Shown: positions 1 through 12,659 of the stretch, in pieces | Layout of the letters: every line of letters starts with the position of its first letter | How positions within the stretch are numbered: the first letter of the stretch is position 1 | NCBI RefSeq assembly: GCF_009914755.1 | Contig: NC_060936.1 | DNA: 64,000 nt | Strand: one strand, 5' to 3' | DNA from: the human T2T-CHM13v2.0 reference genome, Homo sapiens | The notes under the pieces: model-generated | Database searches by the model: none | Seen by the model: the letters and a program-made list of their open reading frames with translations, nothing else | What the model was told of the DNA's origin: nothing | Program-made: the position numbers and the translations under genes

Positions 1-3000
1 TCTGCACTGTGTCTGTCTCTGCACTGTGTCTGTCTCTGCGCTCTGCCTGTCTCTGCACTGTGTCTGTCTCTGCACTGTCTCTCTCTGCGCTCTGCCTGTC
101 TCTGTACTGTGTCTGTCTCTGCACTGTGCCTGTCTCTGCGCTCTGCCTGTCTCTGCGCTCTGCCTGTCTCTGTACTCTGTCTGTCTCTGTACTGTGCCTG
201 TCTCTGTACTGTGCCTGTCTCTGCACTGTGTCTGTCTCTGTACTGTGTCTGTCTGTCTCTGTACTGTGTCTGTCTCTGCACTGTGTCTGTCTCTGCGCTC
301 TGCCTGTCTCTGTACTGTCTGTCTCTCTACTGTGTCTGTCTCTGCACTGTGTCTGTCTCTCTACTGTGTCTGTCTCTGCACTGTGTCTGTCTCTGCACTG
401 TCTATCTCTGCGCTCTGCCTGTCTCTGTACTGTGTCTGTCTCTGCACTGTGTCTGTCTCTACACTGTGCCTGTCTCTGCGCTCTGCCTGTCTCTGCACTG
501 TGTCTGTGCACTGTGTCTCTGCGCTCTGCCTGTCTCTGCACTGTGTCTGTCTCTGCACTGTGTCTGTCTCTGCGCTCTGCCTGTCTCTGCACTGTGTCTG
601 TCTCTGCACTGTGTCTGTCTCTGCGCTCTGCCTGTCTCTGCACTGTGTCTGTCTCTGCGCTCTGCCTGTCTCTGCACTGTGTCTGTCTCTGCACTGTGTC
701 TGTCTCTGCGCTCTGCCTGTCTCTGCACTGTGTCTGTCTCTGCACTGTGTCTGTCTCTGTGCTCTGCCTGTCTCTGCACTGTGTCTGTCTCTGCACTGTC
801 TCTCTCTGCGCTCTGCCTGTCTCTGTACTGTGTCTGTCTCTGCACTGTGTCTGTCTCTGCACTGTGTCTGTCTCTCTACTGTGTCTGTCTCTGCACTGTC
901 TCTCTCTGCGCTCTGCCTGTCTCTGTACTGTGTCTGTCTCTGCACTGTGTCTGTCTCTCTACTGTGTCTGTCTCTGCACTGTGTCTGTCTCTGCACTGTC
1001 TATCTCTGCGCTCTGCCTGTGTCTGTACTGTGTCTGTCTCTGCACTGTGCCTGTCTCTGCACTGTGCCTGTCTCTGCGCTCTGCCTGTCTCTGTACTGTG
1101 TCTGTCTCTGCACTGTGTCTGTCTCTCTACTGTGTCTGTCTCTGCACTGTGTCTGTCTCTGTGCTCTGCCTGTCTCTGTACTGTGTCTGTCTCTGTACTG
1201 TGTCTGTCTCTGCACTGTCTCTGTCTCTCTACTGTGTCTGTCTCTGCACTGTGTCTGTCTCTGTGCTCTGCCTGTCTCTGCGCTCTGCCTGTCTCTGCAC
1301 TGTGTCTGTCTCTGCACTGTGTCTGTCTGTCTCTGTACTATGTCTGTCTGTCTCTGCACTGTGTCTCTCTCTGCGCTCTGCCTGTCTCTGTACTGTGTCT
1401 GTCTCTGCACTGTGTCTGTCTCTGCACTGTGCCTGTCTCTGCGCTCTGCCTGTCTCTGCACTGTGTCTGTCTCTACACTGTGTCTGTCTCTCTACTGTGC
1501 CTGTCTCTGCACTGTGCCTGTCTCTGCACTGTGCCTGTCTCTCTACTGTGTCTGTCTCTGCACTGTGCCTGTCTCTGCACTGTGTCTGTCTCTGCACTGT
1601 GTCTGTCTCTGCGCTCTGCCTGTCTCTCTACTGTGTCTGTCTCTGCAGTGTCTGTCTCTGCACTGTGTCTGTCTCTGCACTGTGTCTCCCTCTGCGCTCT
1701 GCCTGTCTGTGTACTGTGTCTGTCTCTGCACTGTGCCTGTCTCTCTACTGTGTCTGTCTGTGTACTGTGTCTGTCTCTGCACTGTGTCTGTCTCTCTACT
1801 GTGTCTGTCTGTGTACTGTGTCTGTCTCTGCACTGTGTCTGTCTCTCTACTGTGTCTGTCTGTGTACTGTGTCTGTCTCTGCACTGTGTCTGTCTCTGTG
1901 CTCTGCCTGTCTCTGCACTGTGTCTGTCTCTGCACTGTCTATCTCTGCGCTCTGCCTGTCTCTGTACTGTGTCTGTCTCTGCACTGTGTCTGTCTCTGCA
2001 CTGTGTCTGTCTCTGCGCTCTGCCTGTCTCTGCACTGTGTCTGTCTCTGCACTGTGTCTGTCTCTGTGCTCTGCCTGTCTCTGCACTGTGTCTGTCTCTG
2101 CACTGTCTCTCTCTGCGCTCTGTCTGTGTACTGTGTCTGTCTCTGTACTGTGTCTGTCTCTGCACTGTGTCTGTCTCTGCACTGTGTCTGTCTCTGCGCT
2201 CTGCCTGTCTCTGCACTGTGTCTGTCTCTGCACTGTCTCTCTCTGCGCTCTGCCTGTCTCTGTACTGTGTCTGTCTCTGCACTGTGCCTGTCTCTGCGCT
2301 CTGCCTGTCTCTGCGCTCTGCCTGTCTCTGTACTGTGTCTGTCTCTCTCTGCGCTCTGCCTGTCTCTGCACTGTGTCTGTCTCTGCACTGTGCCTGTCTC
2401 TGTACTATCTGTCTGTGCGTTCTGCCTGTCTCTGTACTGTGTCTGTCTCTCTCTGCGCTCTGCCTGTCTCTGTACTGTGTCTGTCTCTGTACTGTGCCTG
2501 TCTCTGTACTGTGCCTGTCTCTGCACTGTGTCTGTCTCTGTACTGTGTCTGTCTGTCTCTGTACTGTGTCTGTCTCTGTACTGTGCCTGTCTCTGCACTG
2601 TGTCTGTCTCTGTACTGTGTCTGTCTGTCTCTGTACTGTGTCTGTCTCTGTACTGTGCCTGTCTCTGCCCTGTGTCTGTCTCTGCACTGTGCCTGTCTCT
2701 GTACTGTGCCTGTCTCTGCGCTCTGCCTGTCTCTGCACTGTGTCTGTCTCTGCACTGTCTGTCTCTGTACTGTGTCTGTCTCTGCGCTCTGCCTATCTCT
2801 GCACTGTGTCTGTCTCTGCACTGTGTCTATCTCTGTACTGTCTGTCTCTGCACTGTCTGTCTCTGCACTGTGCCTGTCTCTGCACTGTGTCTGTCTCTGC
2901 ACTGTGTCTGTCTCTGTACTGTGTCTGTCTCTGCACCGTGTCTGTCTCTGTACTCTCTGTGTCTGCACCGTGTCTGTCTCTGTACCGTGTCTGTCTCTGT

Positions 3001-3312
3001 ACCGTGTCTGTCTCTGCACTGTGTCTGTCTCTGTACTGTGTCTGTCTGTCTCTGCACTGTGTCTGTCTGTGCACTGTGCCTGTCTCTGCACTGTGCCTTT
3101 CTCTGCGCTGTGCCTGTCTCTGCGCTGTGTCCGTCTCTGTGCTGTGTCCGTCTCTGCACTGTGTCCGTCTCTGTACTGTCTGTCTCTGCACTGTGTCTGT
3201 CTCTGCACTGTCTGTCTCTGTACTGTCTGTCTCTGCGCTGCGTCTGTCTCTGCACTGCGTCTGTCTCTGCGCTGCGTCTCTCTCTGCACTCTGCCTGTCT
3301 CTGTACTGTGTC
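1..3312. repeat. 17-bp minisatellite (TCTGCACTGTGTCTGTC / TCTGCGCTCTGCCTGTC variants), >3.3 kb, runs off the window start
   Basis: 17-bp periodicity with interleaved variants is directly visible; all three + frames give the same repetitive peptide. Confidence 0.97.
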
Positions 3313-3679
3313 TTACAGCAGCATGTGAATCTCCGACCATTACAGCACAATGTTAGAAAGAGGCACTGTTTGTTTTGCATGATTCTGATGTACACCAGTG
3401 TCAGTTGGCAGGGTTGAGTTAATTAACTCTTTTCCCCCAACCACGTGGCTGAAACTTAATTTACCATGGTACGTTAAATGTAATTAACTGCACAGAATAC
3501 AGAGTGCACTGCTGGGTATAGCCCACACATGGCTACGTAAAGAGCTGATGCAATGATGACGGGTGACGAATCCCATCACTTCATCCGACGTCCCTCAGTG
3601 GCGGCTCTCTGTGCCCGCTACTTGGTTCACACCCACGAGGCAAAGCGTGTACCTCAGCTGCCTTCTTATCTCTTACTGA

Positions 3680-4555
3680 AATGAAGCAGAAAAAGATCAA
3701 AATAAGCCCAAGACAAAAGGAAAGAAGAAGTAGAAAGCAAAACACCAATGAAATTGTAAACAGAAAGACAATAGAGAAAATCAATGAAACAGAAAGTTGG
3801 TTCTTTCCCCCTAGCGCTATTGAGATACAATTAACAAATAAAAATTGTATACATTTGTGGTTTGTAACATAATGTTTTGACATAACTTGATATGAATGTA
3901 TTTAATTTGTGAGAAAAAAATTGGTTCTGTGAAAAGATCAGTGAATCTGACAAATTCTAGAAAGACTGAAAAAAACAGTGAAGAAACAATTTGCCACTAT
4001 CAGGAATAAAACAGGGAATATCTCTACGGACTCTGCAGACATCAAAAGCGTAATCAAAGGATGCTTATTAACAACTCTCTACACAAATTTTACAACTACA
4101 TGAAATGGGCCAGTTTCTTCAAAAGCACAAATTATCACAATTCAACCCAATATGAACTAGATAATTTGATTATTTCCATACCCATTAAAGAAATTGAATT
4201 TGTAATTAAAAATTGCTGAAAAAGAAATTTACAGGGGAGATTATTCCACTGGAGTCTCCTACCAAAGGTTTAAATAGAAATTAACACCAATTTAAAACAA
4301 TGTTTCCAGGAAAGACAAGGTAAAGAAACACTTTCCAAATCACTTCAGGGGGCTAGCTAGTATGACCCAACACTAGGTAATAGACAAAGACAATACAAAA
4401 ATAAAACAAAGGGCAATAACCTTCAGGAATGTAGAGACAAAGTATTAGCAAGTAGAACTCATCAATAGCGGGACACCGTGACGGGAGGAGGGGAGTATTT
4501 AAGGGATGTAAGAGCGGCTCCACATCTGAAAATCAACCAGTGTAATCCGTCGCAC
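3680..4555 (+). mobile_element. Old L1 (L1M-type) ORF2 fragments, with a short antisense L1 3'-end insert at ~3805-3900
   Basis: A-rich L1 ORF2-like text (AGAGAAAATCAATGAAACAGAAAGTTGGTTCTTT ... GAAATTGAATTTGTAATTAAAA); not open. Confidence 0.8.
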
Positions 4556-5402
4556 CGTTAGAGAAGCGACACCGTTTTCAGTTCGGCTCCATCTGGAGAC
4601 TAACAGGGCAGTTCCTCGCCAGTCACAATCCATGGTCCTCAGATGCTTGCAGTTGAGGAAACCACCTAAAAACACCTACAAGGACACAGTCCTCTGACAG
4701 TGACGAGTCCAGACGTCCCGGTGCCCATAACAACATACGCTTTCAAGATAATAAGTTATGCCTCGATGTACTCACACACTAAAATGTCAAGGGTAGTTTT
4801 CTTTAAATCAATAGAATAATAAAATTGGTCGCACGGTCTGCTCACCGTCACGTAGCCACAGCTTAGTCTTTACAAAGACAAGACCCCATATAAGAAAAAC
4901 TTAAAGACGGTGTGTTCCTCAGCTTGCTTTCTGAGGGCGCCCTCCTCTATAATGAAGGAGTTTCCAATAAGCCTGCTCCTTTCACTGCTTTCACTGGCCT
5001 GGAATTCCTTCCTGCACAAGATCCAGGAGCCCTCTCTTCGCGTCTCATCAGCCCTCTCTTCGCGTCTGGATCAGCCCTCTCTTCACGTCTGATCAGCCCT
5101 CTCTTCGCGTCTCATCAGCCCTCTCTTCACGTCTGGATCAGCCCTCTCTTCGGGTCTGGATCAGCCCTCTCTTCGCGTCTGGATCAGCCCTCTCTTCGGG
5201 TCTGGATCAGCCCTCTCTTCGCGTCTGGATCAGCCCTCTCTTCACGTCTGGATCAGCCCTCTCTTCACGTCTGATCAGCCCTCTCTTCGCGTCTGGATCA
5301 GCCCTCTCTTCACGTCTGATCAGCCCTCTCTTCGGGTCTGGATCACCCCTCTCTTCGCGTCTGGATCAGCCCTCTCTTTGGGTCTGCCCTTTTCAGGTAC
5401 CA
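4556..5402 (+). mobile_element. ERV1-class solo LTR (MER72/MER41-group-like), 3' end expanded into a VNTR
   Basis: CTCCATCT 5' motif and U5-type end AAGATCCAGGAGCCCTCTCTT...GGGTCTG...CAGGTACCA; subfamily not certain. Confidence 0.65.
5029..5386. repeat. 22-23 bp VNTR (GCCCTCTCTTCGCGTCTGGATCA), ~15 copies
   Basis: Tandem units directly visible. Confidence 0.95.
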
Positions 5403-5426
5403 CTACTAGGTTAAAGAATGAGGATA

Positions 5427-5613
5427 CACATCACACACCAGGGACTGTTGTGGGATGGGGGAGGGGGAGGGATAGCATTACGAGATGTACCTAATGCTAA
5501 ATGACGAGTTAATGGGTGCAGCACACCAACATGGCACATGTATACATATGTAACAAACCTGCACCTTGTGCACATGTACCCTAAAACTTAAAGTATAATA
5601 ATAATAAAATTAA
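5427..5613 (+). mobile_element. 5'-truncated L1PA 3' UTR with 14-bp target-site duplication
   Basis: Typical L1PA 3' end (GGGTGCAGCACACCAACATGGCACATGTATAC...AAAGTATAATAATAATAAAA); TSD AAAGAATGAGGATA at 5413-5426 and 5614-5627. Confidence 0.92.
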
Positions 5614-5663
5614 AAAGAATGAGGATATGATCGTACCAACTGATTCAGAAAAAGACCCAGGAG

Positions 5664-8240
5664 TGGTGTTAGGAACTGTGTCCTCCCAAATTTCGTATGT
5701 TGAAACCTAACCCCCAAGGTGATAGTTTTAGGAGGTGGGGCCTTTGGAGGTTATTATGATGGCAGCAGTGACTGTCCAGAGTAGAAGCGCCTGCGGGAGC
5801 AACAGTAGCGGTGGTGGGACCCCTGTGTCCTGTGTCCCCTGAGCACCATTCCCACCCTTGCACAGCCAGGCAGGACCTGCCCCCAGGCCCAGCGCCTCCA
5901 CTGCTCCAGACCCTGGCCCCGAATCACTACTGTCGCACACCCTGCTATGGGGAGGAGGCCTACAGTCCCCAGAGTCCACCCCAGGAGCCCCCCTGGATCC
6001 TACTACCCTGGGGACCACTGTGATGGGGACCAGGCCGAGTCACCCTCCTGCAGGCGAGCCACACAGTCAGGCACTAAGGGGCCAGCAGAGAGGGTCCCCA
6101 AGGCAGAGCTGGGCTCGGAGTGGTGCCACGGTTGCACACAGAGCACGCTGGGGCTGGGCCCAGGGCGTGGAGCTGGGGCTGCACTTTAGGGGCCAGGAGT
6201 GGGAAGTGGGAGCGGCATCCACTTCAGGGATCCAGCCAGCAGCATGGCCACAATGCTCACCCTGCAAAACGTGCTGGATTCCTGCACCTTGGGAGGCGGC
6301 TCTGTGTGGGCCACCCAGTGCTGTTTCCCAGGGGTCCAACCTACATCGGCAGGGCCACTGAGCCTGATGCTCCCGAAGGATGGGCCTGGGGCCCATGATC
6401 CGCTCCTGAAGATGCCCCATCCCGGGCAGGACCACAAGTCACGCAAGGGGGAGCCCCTGGTCACCCCTGAGCACTGGGGCCATGGGAAGAGCTCCTGCCC
6501 TGAACCAGAGAGAACCTGGAGCCACCACCCCAGGCCTCAGGGGAGCACACTGGGGGCTGCACGCTCCACAGAGCCAGTGGAGCTGGGGAGAAACGGGAGC
6601 CCCTGGGTGCAGCTGCAGCTGTCCTGCCACCAGCACAGACCCAGGCATTTCTGCACTTACAGGAGGCCCAGGTAGGCCCCCTGCCCTGCTGTGGGATGAA
6701 GGGTGCCTGCTCCAGCTGCTTGATTTCTCCTGTCAGTACCTGCTCTAATCTCAGATCTAGGTCAAGGCTGAGCTGGGCACTATCACAGCCCAGCCAGGTG
6801 TGCACACACTTGGGGTAGCACTGACACACCAACCCCTTGCTGCCCTGGGCACCTCCAGACTTTGGGTGCTGGCAAGAGCAGTGGGGAAGCCAAGTTGGGG
6901 GCTGAGGGCAGCTTGGCCCTGGCCTGCACGTGCCTCTTGACGTGAGCAGCCTGGGTACCATGGACAGTGACAGGAGGCAGAAGACTCCTGGGAGGAAGGG
7001 GCCCCTGGTAAGGCCTGAAGGCTGGGGGCCAAGCTGCCAGTCCCACAGACCCGAGTGGGAACTTGTGGTGCCTTTTCCAGGCCGGCCCATGGCTGCCCAT
7101 GGACCAACTGGCACTTCCTTCTCTCTGAGGCCCATAAAAGCCCCAGGCTCAGCCAGAACAGAGCAGACAAAAGGACGACCAGCTGCAGAGAGGAGCTACC
7201 TCCCTGCTGATAGCTGAACACTCACTGGGATGACCTGCCTCACAGAGAAGATCCACCCTCTCTGCTGACAGCTGAGCACTCGTCGGGACACCGTGGCTAT
7301 GGAAAGGAGCTGCCCCCTGTGTGTCTCTTCTGAGCTGTTCTACTGCTCATTAAAGCTCCTCTTCATCTCGCTCACCCTCCACTTGTCTGCGTACCTCATT
7401 CTTCCTGGTCACAGAACAAGAACTCAGGACCCACTGAAAGGTGAGACTAAAAGAGCCATAACACACACAGAGCTAAGACATGCCCCCTGCTTGCCACATT
7501 GTAGGCAAAGAAGAGAGGAATAGCTGCAGCCCTCAGGGACCCCAGACCTAGGAGCTCCCCAAGCCAGGGCTATGACTCCCTCTTTGGGGCCCTGTGGTTC
7601 TTGGTGTCTCCAAGCTTCCAGTCACCACCACATTCCCCAGTGCCAGCCAGGGAAGCTGCTTGTAGTGTGCCTGGTCCAGCCGCAGCTTCACAGAGAGCCA
7701 GCCCCCATGCTGGCACCTAGAGCTGCCCGCCTCGCAGCAGCAGCCGATGTGTCTGACTGCACAGTGGCCAGACCCCACCCTTGCTCACACACCCCTCCCT
7801 GCTCCATGCCTGACTCGAAGTCTCCCTTGGAGGCACGGGATCCAGGCTGGGAATGTGAGCCGAGTGCCGTCTGCCAGGCTGAGTGGGTGGAACAAGCCCA
7901 GCGTGTCCAAAAGCAACTCAGGCAAAGGCACTACAAGCCACAGGTTTCCGGCCAGAAAAGTGACATCCCAAAGATCTCATGACAATTAGACCATGAGCAC
8001 TGAGCCCTCATGATGGGATCAGCAACCTCATGAAAGAAGCATCACAGAGCTCCTCATCCCTTCCTCCTCGGGAGGACACAGCGAGACGGCACTGTCTATG
8101 ACCCAGGAAGGGTGGGCCCTCCCCAGATACCAAAGCCTTCATCTTGGACGTTCCAGCCTCCAGAACTGTGAAAAATAAGTGCTTGGTGTTTAAGTCATCC
8201 AGCCTATGGTATTTTTCTTATATTAGCCCAAACTGGCAAA
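5664..8240 (+). mobile_element. MLT1A-like MaLR LTR, split by a MER52 insertion (pieces ~5664-5756 and 7985-8240)
   Basis: GGTGGGGCCTTTGGAGGTTATTA|GACCATGAG... reads continuously across the insertion; CCAGCCTCCAGAACTGTGAAAAATAA 3' motif. Confidence 0.8.
5757..7984 (+). mobile_element. MER52-family long solo LTR (ERV1)
   Basis: TG...CA termini (TGATGGCAGC ... AGATCTCATGACA), ATTAAA poly(A)-type signal near 7349, 4-bp TSD ATTA at 5753-5756 and 7985-7988. Confidence 0.88.
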
Positions 8241-8248
8241 ATGAATAC

Positions 8249-9531
8249 AGTGGAGTGGAGTGGAGTGGGGTGGGGTGGGGTGGGGTGGAATGGAATGGAA
8301 TGGAATGGAATAGAGTAGGGTGGGGTGGAGTGGGGTGGGGTGGGGTGGGGTGGGGTAGGGTGGAGTAGGGTGGGGTGGGGTGGAGTGGAGTGGAGTGGAA
8401 TTGAATGGAATGGAATAGAGTAGGGTGGGTGGGGTGGGGTGGGGTGGGGTGGGGTGTGGTGGGGTGGAATGGAATGGAATGGAATGGAATGGAATGGAAT
8501 GGAATGGAATGGAATAGAGTGGGGTGGGGTGGGGTGGAGCGGAGTGGAGTGGAATGGAATGGAATAGAGTAGGGTGGGGTGGAGTGGGGTGGGGTGGGGT
8601 GGAATGGAATGGAATGGAATGGAATGGAATAGAGTGGAGTGGGGTGGGGTGGGGTGGAGTGGAGTGGAGTGGAATGGAATGGAATAGAGTAGGGTGGGGT
8701 GGAGTGGGGTGGGGTGGGGTGGAATGGAATGGAATAGAGTGGGGTGGGGTGGAGTGGAATGGAATGGAATGGAATGGAATGGAATAGAGTGGGGTGGGGT
8801 GGAGTGGAGTGGAGTGGAATGGAATGGAATGGAATGGAATAGAGTGGGGTGGGGTGGAGTGGAATGGAATGGAATGGAATGGAATGGAATGGAATGGAAT
8901 GGAATGGAATAGAATGGAATAGAGTGGGGTGGGGTGGAGTGGAGTGGAGTGGAATGGAATGGAATGGAATGGAATAGAGTGGGGTGGGGTGGAGTGGAAT
9001 GGAATGGAATGGAATGGAATGGAATGGAATGGAATGGAATAGAGTGGGGTGGGGTGGAGTGGAGTGGAGTGGAATGGAATGGAATGGAATGGAATAGAGT
9101 GGGGTGGGGTGGAGTGGAATGGAATGGAATGGAATGGAATGGAATGGAATAGAGTGGGGTGGGGTGGAGTGGAGTGGAGTGGAATGGAATGGAATGGAAT
9201 GGAATAGAGTGGGGTGGGGTGGAATGGAATGGAATGGAATGGAATGGAATGGAATGGAATGGAATGGAATGGAATGGAATGGAATGGAATGGAATAGAGT
9301 GGGGTGGGGTGGAGTGGAGTGGAGTGGAATGGAATGGAATGGAATGGAATAGAGTGGGGTGGGGTGGAGTGGAATGGAATGGAATGGAATGGAATGGAAT
9401 GGAATGGAATAGAGTGGGGTGGGGTGGGGTGGAGTGGAGTGGAATGGAATGGAATGGAATAGAGTGGGGGTGGGGTAGGGTGGGGTGGAGTGGAGTGGAG
9501 TGGAGTGGAATGGAATGGAATGGAATGGAAT
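8249..9531. repeat. Pentameric satellite-like array: (GGAAT)n blocks interleaved with AGAGT/GGGGT/GGAGT
   Basis: Strict 5-bp register directly visible; GGAAT is the HSat3 core unit. Confidence 0.97.
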
Positions 9532-9747
9532 GACCCTTGCAAGCATACTTCTGTGATATCACTTCTATCTATGGCATATGTTGGGATTCTCTTTAACAAA
9601 TATCTCGGGAAGGTCACAGCCTGAGAGTCAACAAGCATTTCGTGAACGTGTTTGGCTCCACGAGTTGTGTTTTCAATAACTGCAACAATCATCACACAAC
9701 TTCTGTGAGTAAATGACTCACTAAATCAGGCAGGAAGAAACTTTTAA

Positions 9748-10050
<303 letters not shown>

Positions 10051-10560
10051 CCCAGAAGGAAACTCTTCTAAAGTGAGTAGGTTGTGCTCATCCACATGAC
10101 CAGTAACTTGGTCATTCTCATCCACTGAAAAATAAAAATTCAATGTAGAAATGAATTAGAGTTATGATGCGGCAGAGCAAACCTAAGCTCTCACACGCGT
10201 TTCTCGGGAAAAGGCATTGCTTCACTCACCATCAGTGATTACACAATATAACTGAGAATTAAACTGTTTACCCCCACTTCCCAAAAAAGCCTCTCTCCTC
10301 TAAACACAAGCTCTCTATTCAGAGAAACATTCCCAGTTGCTGCACAAACCATATGAAAGCTTCAATCTGGCTTCAGATGCTTTTTACTGAATGCTAATAC
10401 CCTGAGACCAGCCCTTATCACCAATAGTGGGGCTTCTTTGCCACAGATCAAGAAGACGAAAGACCTCCTGGGGGAGAAGAATGCCAGTTCAGGCCAGCAG
10501 CACCACCATCAAAGATTCTTTATAAGATCACATGGAAAACCAGCTCAAAGAGAAACTCAC

Positions 10561-10700
10561 CTACTTGTGCTGAGACGGCTGGTGATAAGGGAAGCACCTC
10601 GTAAGTCCTGGGAGAGTCGGTTGCTGGTGATTCCTCCAGGGAAATATGGTAACTGGTTGCAAGCACTACGCAGCCTCTTCAATTCACTGCCTCAGCAATC
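10561..10700 (-). pseudogene. ADGRD1-like GAIN-region pseudo-exon (IAEAVN*RGCVVLATSYHISLEESPAT/LSQDLRGASLITSRL/HK)
   Basis: Acceptor tttatttccaag|GATT and donor TAG|gtgagt; aligns to recalled [47 protein letters not shown]; in-frame TGA and two 1-nt deletions (140 nt vs 142). Confidence 0.85.
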
Positions 10701-11289
10701 CTTGGAAATAAAAGGGAAATTATTACAAAATGGCAAAGGAGGGCAATCAGCTACAAACTGGGTTTGGAATTTAATATTAAAGTTCAAATTATTGAAAGAG
10801 TGATCTCTTTTGGGTGAAACTTTCAGTGCTGTTATTGAATACCAACTCCACTTAAGCCTCTATTCTGGCACCTGTAGGGGATACCAAGAGAGCTGAAATA
10901 TAATCCTTGACCGCAAATAACAGACACTCTAGTTGAGGCCCAGCAGGAAGGCACAGGCAGCTGTCAAGGAACAGAAAGGGTCAAAGCAATGGGGAACAGA
11001 ATCTAAGCAAAGGAGCAGGCTTCCAGGAAGCACACAGGGACACCCCACAGAGAGAGCACTGGAGCCCCTTGGCCACTGGTTCACTGGGGGACTGGACTCA
11101 GCCAGGGCAGTAGTAGAGTCCAGAGCCCCTGAACAGACAAAGTCCCTCAGCCAGCCCACAGCCAGGCTGTTTAGCAAACATTCCTAATGATTAAATATTG
11201 TAAAATCATCCTTTGGAGTTACCCAAGCTAATGAGTTGTCTGGATTCAGGAAGGTGTCCTTCCCCCCCCACCCCCAGGGCAGAGTCACA

Positions 11290-11420
11290 TGCTTAAAATG
11301 CACATTGCCAGGCCCTCACATTCCCCTTCTGTAGGTCTGGAGGGGGGCTGGACTCTGCACTATTTTCCCAGGTGCTTCTGATGACAGTATCCTGAGGATA
11401 CACTTTGAGAAACGCTAGCC
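11290..11420. mobile_element. MER5-like hAT-Charlie DNA transposon remnant
   Basis: TTAAAATGCACATTGCCAGGCCC...CCAGGTGCTTCTGATG...CACTTTGAGAAAC. Confidence 0.55.
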
Positions 11421-12157
11421 CAGAGCCACTCCTGCAGGAAGAGACAGGACAACCAGCGGTCACAACTGCAGGCATCAACTGGTTCCTGAGGGCTGGCAAG
11501 TGAGCACTGAGGTGTCACAGTGGGTGGGTCACAGGGAGGACCCTGGAGGAGGGGATGAGAAAGGGAAGACTGGCCTCTCCTGGGAAGATGAGCTGCCACC
11601 AAAACCAATTCAGGTGGAGCAAGCCAGCTATGTTCCCCGATGGGCTCCTGCAGGAGATGTGGGTGCTGACACTTGCTATATGAACACTTAGAACAGAAGG
11701 GCCATGAAGTACCAGATTGTCTCACAACACCTTGGAAAAGCAGGTTTAGACCAAGCTGACTCCAGCTGACACTAGGAACCCGATTCTGCCCCACTGATTC
11801 CAGAGATACCGGAAGGAGCTGCTGCTTCTTAATTCCTACCCTGATAGTCACACAACATGAACTTGGCTCCCAAGTCCCCAGGAAATGCGTACCGGATCCT
11901 GAGTGCACAGCACGACCAAACATACCTGCCATGATTCTAACCATTCCTTTTCTCCAAAATGTGGCTTTGCATGAAGAATCGATTAGGAAAATGGAGAGAC
12001 TGATCTCAGCCAATGATGTGCGAGGCGCTTGTGTCAGGGTTGGGGTAGGGAAATCTGACCAATAGCCATTGTTCCTCAGCTAACTTCCTCCCCTCTCTCT
12101 ACCTGACCCTGCCCCCTGCACACCTGGGGCTCAGAGGATGCTGAGGACAGTTCCTCC

Positions 12158-12272
12158 CTGCCGGGAGGAGGAGCCCTGGACCATGATCTTGGGCTCACTG
12201 CAGGTTGCTGCCTGGAGACACACACATGACCGTGTTGGCCGCTTCAGTCAAGCCCAGCACAACAGGACTGCC
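12158..12272 (-). pseudogene. ADGRD1-like GAIN-region pseudo-exon (GSPVVLGLTEAANTVMCVSPGSNLQ*/EPKIMVQGSS)
   Basis: Acceptor gttattcag|GGC; aligns to recalled [39 protein letters not shown]; frameshifted, donor reads GG instead of GT. Confidence 0.8.
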
Positions 12273-12659
12273 CTGAATAACAACTACAAAAGACTGAAAA
12301 TCACACTTGCTTCAGAGTCGTAACAGCTGGACGCATTGAATGCATAAAAACAAATTTAAAGGTTTTGTCCACATCCTGCTGAAGCAAACAGAAAGCGGCA
12401 TTTATTATGCCCGTGGTGTCTATCGTGGGTCAGGCTCTGTGCTCCTAACGACCAGATGACGCGGTGGATGTTTGCACCACTTTCTCAGGTCAGGAGGGGG
12501 CCACAGAGGGGTCACGCAGCCCAGTCACCAGGGCCATGCGGCTCCACGGCTTCTACGCTTGGGCACTGAGGACCGAGGGGTTCAATCAGGTCCCAGCTCC
12601 AGTCCAACCTTGGAAGCCAAGTGTTGGGAAGGAAGCATCCGAGGACAGACAGAGCCAGG

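Noticed and set aside
9-3417. Three >1100-aa ORFs and their antisense counterparts
   Set aside because: Translations of a 17-bp minisatellite lacking stop codons; the same peptide appears in every frame.
8204-9695. 440-490 aa His/Pro/Ser-rich ORFs
   Set aside because: Translations of (ATTCC)n pentamer repeats.
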